A DNA stretch of 32,186 nt from a virus (taxonomy: Duplodnaviria > Caudoviricetes), in IMG/VR virus record IMGVR_UViG_3300017780_000850, positions 1 through 32,186 of that record. One strand, given 5' to 3'. Under the pieces are notes generated by a model. The model searched no databases, was not told the origin of the DNA, and saw only the letters and a program-made list of their open reading frames with translations. This document shows, in pieces, positions 6,844 to 14,046 of this stretch. Positions within the stretch are counted from its first letter, which is position 1. Every line of letters starts with the position of its first letter. The translations under genes were made by a program, and so were the position numbers.

Positions 6844-6880
6844 ATTTTTTAACGACTACCTTTTGACCGAGGATAAAAAT

Positions 6881-7102
6881 ATGTTGAAGTTCCCCACCCA
6901 GTATGGTGTTGAAATATACCCATCAGTTTCAGGGCTAATATGCCTGAAGCAAGAATCCCTAGAGTTTGGTAAAGAAGTCACTGTGATGCTCACTATTGGG
7001 CAGTTGCGCGGCCTTGTTAAAAATCACAAAGCTTTGATTGAGCAAGCAGAACAAGCAAAAAAAGATTTTGCAGAGGAGTTAGATAATGAAACTAATTCCT
7101 AA
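6881..7102 (+). CDS. Hypothetical protein
   Basis: GAGGA SD, ATG at 6881. Confidence 0.7.
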   Translation: MLKFPTQYGVEIYPSVSGLICLKQESLEFGKEVTVMLTIGQLRGLVKNHKALIEQAEQAKKDFAEELDNETNS

Positions 7103-7799
7103 GAATTGGGACAATTTCCAGCACTACAAACATCGTTCACCACCGTGGATAAAACTCCACAAAAACTTGCTTGATGACATGGCATTTCAACGCTTGCCTG
7201 TTGCTAGCAAAGCTCTAGCACCGATGCTTTGGTTGCTAGCAAGTGAGTCGCATGATGGAGTTATCCACAGAACACCCGAAGAAATTGCGTTTAGGCTTAG
7301 AATGACCGAAAAAGAGGTCGTTAGTGCCATTAAACCTTTGATTGATAACGGCTTTTTTATTGAAGATAGCGGTATGCTAGCAACAAGCTTGCAAGGTGCT
7401 ACTACAGAGAAGAGTAGAGTAGAGACAGAGAAGAGTAAGAGAGAGAGTAAGAGTAAGACACCCACACCCATCTCCGATGATTTTCAAATTTCAGATTCTA
7501 TAAAAGCATGGGCTTTAAAAAACGGACACACTCAACTTGAGAAACATCTTGAAAGCTTCATCAACAAATGCAAAGCTAAAAACTACAAATATTCTGATTG
7601 GGATGCTGCGTTCCGAAACGCTATTGCTGACAACTGGGCCAAAGTAGGGCAAGCCCAACTTACTCAAGACAAATCATATTCACGCTGGGATGCTTCAGTT
7701 TCTAGCACTATGGCTAAAGGCATAGAAATGGGGTTGCCACCAAAGATTGGTGAAACTGAAGGCCAATACCGTGAACGATTAAGATTGGCTGGCGCATGA
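7086..7799 (+). CDS. Replication initiation protein (lambda O-like organisation, DnaT-like C-terminal domain)
   Basis: NWDNFQHYKHRSPPWIKLH N-terminus with HTH, low-complexity linker, YKYSDWDAAFRN motif; position after cro. Confidence 0.72.
   Translation: MKLIPKNWDNFQHYKHRSPPWIKLHKNLLDDMAFQRLPVASKALAPMLWLLASESHDGVIHRTPEEIAFRLRMTEKEVVSAIKPLIDNGFFIEDSGMLATSLQGATTEKSRVETEKSKRESKSKTPTPISDDFQISDSIKAWALKNGHTQLEKHLESFINKCKAKNYKYSDWDAAFRNAIADNWAKVGQAQLTQDKSYSRWDASVSSTMAKGIEMGLPPKIGETEGQYRERLRLAGA
7360..7460. repeat. Iteron-like repeats plus purine tract, putative origin of replication
   Basis: GATAGC/GCTAGC/GCTTGC/GCTACT at 7365, 7376, 7387 and 7398 (11-bp period), then an AG-rich tract with ACAGAGAAGAGTA twice. 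Confidence 0.5.
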
Positions 7800-7945
7800 A
7801 ATACCACATATTTGATGAAAACAACGACAAAATGCGTATTGTCAGCAGCCTATGGGAAGCTAAACACATTACGAATTTAAGGGAAGGGTGGACTTTTGTT
7901 AGAGTTAGACAACCAAGACCTGTTTACGAGGATGCCCCATTTTGA
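7796..7945 (+). CDS. 49-aa protein ending EDAPF (not in ORF track)
   Basis: ATGA-coupled to the initiator; MKYHIFDENNDKMRIV...PVYEDAPF*. Confidence 0.65.
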   Translation: MKYHIFDENNDKMRIVSSLWEAKHITNLREGWTFVRVRQPRPVYEDAPF

Positions 7946-8129
7946 TGAAAACTACAGACACCAATGCGAAGTCAGGCAACTCATTAAATGGAGGCAAGAA
8001 TGGGGATTGCCAAAATTCCAAGAGTATTTACGAAATGCTCAATTTAATTCAAGACGCGCAAAGTTATGTGGAAGCATTGCAGAACAATGGGCAAAAGGTA
8101 ACAGGGGTGAAAAAGGAGAATGGCGATGA
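7932..8129 (+). CDS. Conserved phage hypothetical protein
   Basis: GAGG SD region, ATG 7932; RHQCEVRQL...QWAKGNRGEKGEW. Confidence 0.65.
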   Translation: MPHFDENYRHQCEVRQLIKWRQEWGLPKFQEYLRNAQFNSRRAKLCGSIAEQWAKGNRGEKGEWR

Positions 8130-8464
8130 AAGAAATTGACCCAAACGCTTGCATAGATTTTATATTTGAAAAAGCACCTGAATTCGCGAAGGCAAAGGCA
8201 GTTCTTGCTGATTTAGAAAACGCTAAAAGCTCAATCAAAGCGGACTTGATGAAAGCCAGTAACGAGAATACGATAGCTGGTCAGGAGCGTGAAGCATACT
8301 CAAGCCCGCAATACAAACAACATTGCAAGGCTATTGGCATAGCTACCCACGAAGTAGAAATGCTTAAGCTGCACATAAAATGTGCTGAATTACGATGGGA
8401 AACATGGCGCACCCAGCAAGCCAACGACAGACAATTTGACAAAATGATAAGGAATCAATCTTGA
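8126..8464 (+). CDS. Helical hypothetical protein, UvsY-like
   Basis: Coiled-coil pattern, QEREAYSSPQY...WRTQQANDR; recombination gene context. Confidence 0.6.
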   Translation: MKEIDPNACIDFIFEKAPEFAKAKAVLADLENAKSSIKADLMKASNENTIAGQEREAYSSPQYKQHCKAIGIATHEVEMLKLHIKCAELRWETWRTQQANDRQFDKMIRNQS

Positions 8465-8682
8465 ACGAAACTCTCAACAAGGCAATTAACTTTGCCGTTA
8501 AAAGCCCAAAATACATTGATTTTGCTGAAACATTGCTTGAAATCAAACGAACAACTAAAGCCTACGAAGAAGCAACCCTTAAAAAAGACTGGGATGGGGC
8601 CTACGACATTAGCATTGTGTTGGTAGACCTGACCCACGACCTTGAAGATATTGCTCGTCAGATGCTAAATGACCAAAAGTGA
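8461..8682 (+). CDS. Hypothetical protein
   Basis: TTGA overlap with the upstream stop; AAGGA SD. Confidence 0.65.
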   Translation: MNETLNKAINFAVKSPKYIDFAETLLEIKRTTKAYEEATLKKDWDGAYDISIVLVDLTHDLEDIARQMLNDQK

Positions 8683-8947
8683 AAAAGAACAATACTCCAA
8701 AGTCGCAAGACTTGGATGTGCGTTATGCCGTCACTTGGGTTTGCCCTACGATGGGGGTGTTGAAATACACCACATTAGACGATTTGGCGGTAAAAGAGCT
8801 AATGCACCATTTATCGGACTCTGTGTTGAACACCACCGAGGAAATACAGGTGTACATGGTCTTGGAGCAAAAGGGTTTGAAAAGCACTATCAAATTGGAC
8901 AAGAAGATTTACTTAAAATGACGGAGAAACTACTTGCTAGTGCTTAA
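8669..8947 (+). CDS. Ref-like HNH nuclease (recombination enhancement family)
   Basis: LGCALC...EIHHIR...IGLCVEHHRG..GVHG...FEKHY motifs. Confidence 0.75.
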   Translation: MTKSEKEQYSKVARLGCALCRHLGLPYDGGVEIHHIRRFGGKRANAPFIGLCVEHHRGNTGVHGLGAKGFEKHYQIGQEDLLKMTEKLLASA

Positions 8948-9296
8948 CCTACCCCTACCCCCATCGGTAAACTCATACCGCACCATTTTTAGAAATAGAA
9001 TGGGTATCAGCAAAGCTGGCAAAGAGTTTAAACTTCAAGTGCAAGACTATGTGCTTGACAATGCAGTGCCTAAAATGGGCGATAAACGCCTACAAATGCA
9101 AGTTACACTTTATCCAAGGGATAGGCGTAAGCAAGACATAGATAACCGCATCAAGGCCCTTTGGGATGCTTTAACCGATGCTGGCGTATTTGATGACGAT
9201 GAACAGATTGATGTTTTAATAGTACAAAGGGGTGAAATCCGCAAAGGCGGTGGATGCCTAGTGATGATTGATGAGATTGATGCGACACGACAATAA
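8934..9296 (+). CDS. rusA: RusA Holliday junction resolvase
   Basis: LPLPPSVN, PRDRRKQDIDNRIKALWDAL and DDEQID catalytic motifs. Confidence 0.92.
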   Translation: MLVLNLPLPPSVNSYRTIFRNRMGISKAGKEFKLQVQDYVLDNAVPKMGDKRLQMQVTLYPRDRRKQDIDNRIKALWDALTDAGVFDDDEQIDVLIVQRGEIRKGGGCLVMIDEIDATRQ

Positions 9297-9441
9297 AGAA
9301 ACTGGTGACAGAACTTTGCAAGAATGCACAAACTGTAAATTACGAAAACCAAAAGAATTTGGGCGTTATGTACCCTATAACGAAGGAATGAATCAAAAAT
9401 GGTTATGCGGTTCTTGTTTTGAGAAAAGAAATAGGCGATAA
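9280..9441 (+). CDS. 53-aa zinc-ribbon protein (not in ORF track)
   Basis: ECTNCK...WLCGSC; alternative ATG at 9271. Confidence 0.6.
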   Translation: MRHDNKETGDRTLQECTNCKLRKPKEFGRYVPYNEGMNQKWLCGSCFEKRNRR

Positions 9442-9446
9442 TAGGC

Positions 9447-9501
9447 TCACGAGAGTGATATTTGGGGAAATCCGTGGAGAGTACCCATCTTTTTGGAGAT
9501 G
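9447..9501 (+). promoter_or_regulatory. Structured 5' leader of the ferritin-like gene
   Basis: UCAC-GAGA-GUGA hairpin; UGGG-GAAA-UCCGUGGA-GAGUA-CCCA; CAUCUU/GGAGAUG pairing over the SD. Confidence 0.5.
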
Positions 9502-9503
9502 CT

Positions 9504-9860
9504 ATGAAAGAGTGTGCTTTATTTACCCTAACGCTGTTGCATAGTGCGACCAACGCACACTTAATGCACTTCAAAACCAAGTCATTCGCACAGCACATGG
9601 CTTTAGGTACTTATTACGATGAAATCGTAGACCTTGTTGATGGATATGTAGAAGCCTATCAAGGTATTTATGGTTTGATTGAAGAATACCCAAATGTCTA
9701 CCATTCACCAAAAGACCCAGTTAAGTACTTTGAATCATTGCAAAGATTCGTTAAAGATGCTCGTCAAGACCTTCCTAATGACTCTCAGCTTGAGAATTTA
9801 GTTGATGGCATAGCTGATTTAATTGACTCAACAACTTATAAACTCAAATTTTTGGGGTAA
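9504..9860 (+). CDS. Ferritin/Dps-like four-helix protein (DUF5856-like)
   Basis: HLMHF..KSFAQHMALG.YYD...LVDGYVEAYQG and DLIDSTTYKL; GGAG SD before ATG 9504. Confidence 0.72.
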   Translation: MKECALFTLTLLHSATNAHLMHFKTKSFAQHMALGTYYDEIVDLVDGYVEAYQGIYGLIEEYPNVYHSPKDPVKYFESLQRFVKDARQDLPNDSQLENLVDGIADLIDSTTYKLKFLG

Positions 9861-9862
9861 TC

Positions 9863-10054
9863 ATGCCTTTAGACAAATCAGGTAGCAAAGAATCAGTCGG
9901 CAAGAACATCAAAGCCGAAATGAAAGCTGGCAAGCCTAAAAAACAAGCCGTGGCGATTGCTTTAAATGTAGAGCGTGACAACGCAAAAGGTAGCCGTAAA
10001 GCCAAACTTGAAGAAGCTTATGGTCGCTTTTTAGGTGAAAGAGATGAGTCGTAA
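9863..10054 (+). CDS. Small basic hypothetical protein
   Basis: KNIKAEMKAGKPKKQAVAIAL motif, typical upstream of phage terminases. Confidence 0.75.
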   Translation: MPLDKSGSKESVGKNIKAEMKAGKPKKQAVAIALNVERDNAKGSRKAKLEEAYGRFLGERDES

Positions 10055-10310
10055 AGACCAAATCCGTGCTGCTATGGATAAGCACGACAAACCAATTGCC
10101 AAGACAACCAAAGGCAAAGGTAGGCACTACTTGTCAGTTGAAGAAGGTGCTGGCATGACTGAAGCTGGTAGAAAAGCGTATAACGCAAAGAACGGCAGTA
10201 ATTTACAAGCCCCCCAATCCAGTGGCCCACGCCACGAAAGCTTTTGTGCAAGGTCTAAAGGATGGACAGGGGAACGAGGTAAAGCAGCTAGAGCAAGGTG
10301 GAAGTGCTAA
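10044..10310 (+). CDS. Small basic hypothetical protein
   Basis: GMTEAGRKAYN...SFCAR...ARARWKC. Confidence 0.75.
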   Translation: MSRKDQIRAAMDKHDKPIAKTTKGKGRHYLSVEEGAGMTEAGRKAYNAKNGSNLQAPQSSGPRHESFCARSKGWTGERGKAARARWKC

Positions 10311-10807
10311 TGAAAACTTGTTTTTGTTGCAAAGAAGCCAAAGAAACTAGCTTATTTTTTAAGCATAAGCAAACGCATGATGGCTTACATAGCTGGTGTA
10401 AAGCGTGTTGCAAAAAAGGTAATTCTAAAAGTCGTGATAAAGTAAATTCTAAGATTGAAACTAGGGCTAAGGTATTTCTACAAAATGCCAAAAAAAGTGC
10501 CAAAAAACGCAATCAAGAATTTGCCTTAGAAGTTAATGATGTAGTAGGGTTTTGGAACGACCAAGCCATGATTTGTGCATATTCAGGCTTAGAAATGACC
10601 CTTGAAGCTGGTAAATTGAATACAGTATCTATTGAGCGTATTGATAGCAACATTGGATACACAAAAGAAAATACAATATTGGTATGCCAAGCAATAAACC
10701 GCATGAAGTCTGACTTTAGTTATGAAGATTTTTATATGCTTTGTCAATCAGTTGCCAAGTTTTTAGGCAATGACGAACTTAAACTTGTAGTGGGAGCGTA
10801 CAAATGA
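10310..10807 (+). CDS. HNH-like endonuclease, possibly homing
   Basis: CFCC...CKAC zinc site; CAYSG...SIERIDSNIGYTKENTILVCQAINRMKS beta-beta-alpha-Me motif. Confidence 0.7.
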   Translation: MKTCFCCKEAKETSLFFKHKQTHDGLHSWCKACCKKGNSKSRDKVNSKIETRAKVFLQNAKKSAKKRNQEFALEVNDVVGFWNDQAMICAYSGLEMTLEAGKLNTVSIERIDSNIGYTKENTILVCQAINRMKSDFSYEDFYMLCQSVAKFLGNDELKLVVGAYK

Positions 10808-10983
10808 AACATGGACTTTATGCTGCAATTCACGCCAAAAGAGAACGCATCAAAGCTGGCTCAGGCGAAAAGATGAGAAAAGTAGGTTCAGAGGGCGCAC
10901 CAACGGCAGAAGCATTAAAAGAATCAGCTAAAACTGCTAAACCAAGGCGCAAAGTTATTGAAGAAGCTATGAAGGATATGTGA
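10804..10983 (+). CDS. 59-aa basic protein (not in ORF track)
   Basis: MKHGLYAAIHAKRERIKAGSGEKMRKVGSEGAPT...; coupled overlaps on both sides. Confidence 0.75.
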   Translation: MKHGLYAAIHAKRERIKAGSGEKMRKVGSEGAPTAEALKESAKTAKPRRKVIEEAMKDM

Positions 10984-11132
10984 TGAAACCAATGAAACGA
11001 GAATTTAAAGAAAAAGATGCTTTGTTGAGGCCACACAAAGAATCAACACTTGAAAAGAACGAAGCTAAACGAGTGGCTCGCAGAGAGATGTTAAACAAAG
11101 AATTTAATAAGATTGTTAAAGATAAGTTTTAA
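10983..11132 (+). CDS. 49-aa basic protein (not in ORF track)
   Basis: TGATG coupling, AAGGA SD; MKPMKREFKEKDALLRPHKES... Confidence 0.65.
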   Translation: MKPMKREFKEKDALLRPHKESTLEKNEAKRVARREMLNKEFNKIVKDKF

Positions 11133-11163
11133 CGATACAATTAAGTTATCTAACTACTTGGAT
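11113..11163 (+). promoter_or_regulatory. Sigma70-like promoter plus leader hairpin
   Basis: TTGTTA-17-TACAAT, then ATCTAA-CTAC-TTGGAT. Confidence 0.5.
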
Positions 11164-11168
11164 GACTT

Positions 11169-12374
11169 ATGCAAATCACAGAAGTTGCAGTTGAAGCGTT
11201 AATCCCTTACGCTAAGAACTCACGAACTCACGATGATGCACAGGTGGCACAAATTGCCGCCAGCATTAAAGAATTTGGGTGGACAAACCCTATTCTTGTT
11301 GATGGAGATAAAGGCATTATTGCTGGTCATGGCCGTCTAATGGCTGCTCGCAAGCTAGGGCTTACAAAAGTCCCTGTCATTGAGCTAAAAGATATGACTG
11401 AAGCCCAAAAGAAAGCTTATGTAATTGCCGACAATAAGTTGGCTATGAACGCTGGCTGGGATATGGACTTTTTAAAGCTAGAGCTTCAAGACCTAGAAGA
11501 TGCAGACTTTGACCTATCTCTTACAGGCTTTGACGATAAAGAGCTAGATGCTTTATTAGCACCTGAAATAACCCAAGGGCTAACAGACGAAGATTCTGTA
11601 CCTGATATTCCTAAAGAACCAATTACTAAGCTTGGTGATATTTATATCCTTGGAAATCATAGACTTATGTGCGGTGATAGCACTAGTACGGATGCTGTGG
11701 ATAACTTGCTAGAGTTTGGTAAAGCTGATATGGTATTTACTGACCCACCCTATAACATGGACTTTACTGGTGGAATACACGCTGACGGCTCTAAAAGCTT
11801 TAACGCTAAACATGGTGGCATCAAAAACGACAAAATGTCTAAAACTGAGGCAGAAGACTTCTTTGATGCTATTAACGCAGTTATTTACGCATACTGCGTA
11901 GGTGCGTTTTATATTACTTTTTATAGGTTAGGTATAGGCGAGTATTGGAAATCGCTAGAAAGAACCAATTTAAAGGTTAGAAGCCTAATTATTTGGGATA
12001 AAGGCAACCATACCCTTAGCAATAGCGACTATATGAGTAAGTATGAACCTATTTTTTACGGTTGGACTGGCGATAACCATAACTTTTATGGCGGTAATAA
12101 CGGCATGGATATATGGGATATTAAAAGAACGGCTAAAAACGACCTTCACCCTACTATGAAGCCAGTAGAACTTATTGAAAAAGCCTTAGAAGACGCAAGT
12201 AAACCTAATAATGTAGTTTTAGACCTATTTGGTGGCTCAGGCTCTACTCTGATAGCTTGCGAAAAGATGGGTAGAAAAGCTAGATTAATGGAATTAGACC
12301 CAAAATACTGCGATGTAATCGTTAAGCGCTGGGAAGAATTTACTGGTAAAAAAGCAACTTTAGCGGAGTTATAA
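11169..12374 (+). CDS. ParB/Srx domain fused to an N6/N4 DNA methyltransferase (beta class)
   Basis: IIAGHGRLMAA (ParB); DPPY, HPTMKP and VLDLFGGSGST (MTase). Confidence 0.92.
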   Translation: MQITEVAVEALIPYAKNSRTHDDAQVAQIAASIKEFGWTNPILVDGDKGIIAGHGRLMAARKLGLTKVPVIELKDMTEAQKKAYVIADNKLAMNAGWDMDFLKLELQDLEDADFDLSLTGFDDKELDALLAPEITQGLTDEDSVPDIPKEPITKLGDIYILGNHRLMCGDSTSTDAVDNLLEFGKADMVFTDPPYNMDFTGGIHADGSKSFNAKHGGIKNDKMSKTEAEDFFDAINAVIYAYCVGAFYITFYRLGIGEYWKSLERTNLKVRSLIIWDKGNHTLSNSDYMSKYEPIFYGWTGDNHNFYGGNNGMDIWDIKRTAKNDLHPTMKPVELIEKALEDASKPNNVVLDLFGGSGSTLIACEKMGRKARLMELDPKYCDVIVKRWEEFTGKKATLAEL

Positions 12375-12375
12375 A

Positions 12376-12723
12376 ATGGCAAAAATGGGAAGACCAGCTC
12401 ATACTCCCACTCAGGCTGATAGAGATACGGCTAAACGCCTGTCTGCTTTGGGCTGTCCACACGAAGATATAGCTAAACGCCTAAAAATTAGTGCGGATAC
12501 CTTAACCAAGTATTACCAAGACGAGTTAGATGAAGGGCGTATTGATGCCAATTCAGCTATTGCTGGCACATTGTTCGCCCAAGCCAAGAAGGGTAATACG
12601 GCTGCTGCTATCTTTTGGCTAAAAACTAGGGCTAGATGGAAAGAAACGAGTGCCCATGAGATTAGTGGCAATAACGGTGGCTCAATACAAATAGCATGGG
12701 CTGATGAAGACGATAAAGCTTAA
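12376..12723 (+). CDS. terS: Terminase small subunit
   Basis: HTH followed by AAIFWLKTRARWKE; directly upstream of terL. Confidence 0.8.
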   Translation: MAKMGRPAHTPTQADRDTAKRLSALGCPHEDIAKRLKISADTLTKYYQDELDEGRIDANSAIAGTLFAQAKKGNTAAAIFWLKTRARWKETSAHEISGNNGGSIQIAWADEDDKA

Positions 12724-14044
12724 ATATCGCCCAAGAACGGTATTTGCAGACTTTCACGAAAGAACCCAGCGTTGGGCAGTATTAGTAGCCCACCGAAGGG
12801 CTGGTAAAACCGTTGCTTGCATTAATGACCTAATCCGTAGGGCTTTGCTTGAAAACAAGAAAGATGCACGGTACGGCTATCTTGCGCCCTATTATTCTCA
12901 AAGTAAGACTATTGCTTGGGACTATCTTATGCGGTATTCAGAACCTTTTAGGGTATCTGCCAATCAATCAGAGCTATGGGTGGAGCTATTCAACGGTGCA
13001 AAAATAAGGCTATTTGGTGCTGACAACCCTGATGCCTTGCGTGGTTTATACCTAGATGGCGTGGTTCTTGATGAATATGCCGACATGAAGCCTAGCGTTT
13101 GGGGTGCAGTTTTACGCCCATTATTGGCTGACAGGGGTGGATGGGCGGTATTTATTGGCACACCCAAAGGTCATAACGCCTTTTACGATATATACAACAC
13201 GGCCACTAAGCAAAACAACTGGTTTGTAAGAACGCTAAGAGCAAGCCAAACAAACCTATTGCCACAGCCTGAATTGGAAGATGCTCAGGCATCCATGTCA
13301 CCTGACCAATACGAGCAAGAGTTTGAATGTAGCTTTGAAGCTGCCATTATGGGTGCGTTTTATGGTAAAGAGATGCGAGTTCTTACCGATGCCAAGCGCA
13401 TTACCACGGTTGAGTACGATAAAATGTTCCCATGCCACACTGCTTGGGACTTGGGTTACTCAGACGATACCGCGATTTGGTGGTATCAGGTCGTATTTGG
13501 TGAGCTACGGATACTGGACTACCATTCAAGCAACGGCCATCAAGTCAGTTATTACACAGACCTATTGGCTGCCAAAGAACGAGAGTTTGGGTATAAATAC
13601 GGCACACATTATTTACCCCATGATGCAAGGGCTAAAACACTAGCAAGTGGTGGAAAATCAATTATTGAACAAATATCTAGCAAAATTCCATTGACTTCGC
13701 TTAAAATAGTGCCAAGCTTATCGCTTCAAGACGGTATTCAAGCCACTAGACTTGCATTAATGCGAAGCTGGTTTGATGCAGATAGATGTCATGACGGTAT
13801 AGAGTGCTTACGGCAGTATCAGCGTGAATACGATGAGGACAAGAAGGTTTTTAGGGATAAACCCAAACACGATTGGACTTCTCACGGTGCAGATGCTTTT
13901 CGTATGCTTGCAATAGCATGGAAAGAAGAAGATAAAACCACTCCGAAAGACCACTCTGTACGGGGTATTGTAGTAGGTGAGAACAAAACCACATTGAATG
14001 ATATGTGGCGAACTCAAACCACAAAACCTAGCGGAAGAATATAA
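12704..14044 (+). CDS. terL: Terminase large subunit
   Basis: HRRAGKT Walker A, VVLDEY Walker B, GTPKG, WDLG and SHGADAFR nuclease motifs. Confidence 0.95.
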   Translation: MKTIKLKYRPRTVFADFHERTQRWAVLVAHRRAGKTVACINDLIRRALLENKKDARYGYLAPYYSQSKTIAWDYLMRYSEPFRVSANQSELWVELFNGAKIRLFGADNPDALRGLYLDGVVLDEYADMKPSVWGAVLRPLLADRGGWAVFIGTPKGHNAFYDIYNTATKQNNWFVRTLRASQTNLLPQPELEDAQASMSPDQYEQEFECSFEAAIMGAFYGKEMRVLTDAKRITTVEYDKMFPCHTAWDLGYSDDTAIWWYQVVFGELRILDYHSSNGHQVSYYTDLLAAKEREFGYKYGTHYLPHDARAKTLASGGKSIIEQISSKIPLTSLKIVPSLSLQDGIQATRLALMRSWFDADRCHDGIECLRQYQREYDEDKKVFRDKPKHDWTSHGADAFRMLAIAWKEEDKTTPKDHSVRGIVVGENKTTLNDMWRTQTTKPSGRI

Positions 14045-14046
14045 GC

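Noticed and set aside
9110-9598. 162-aa minus-strand ORF, and similar ones at 19984, 30531, 28770 and 13281
   Set aside because: They overlap well-supported genes in another frame or strand, with no SD or recognisable motif.
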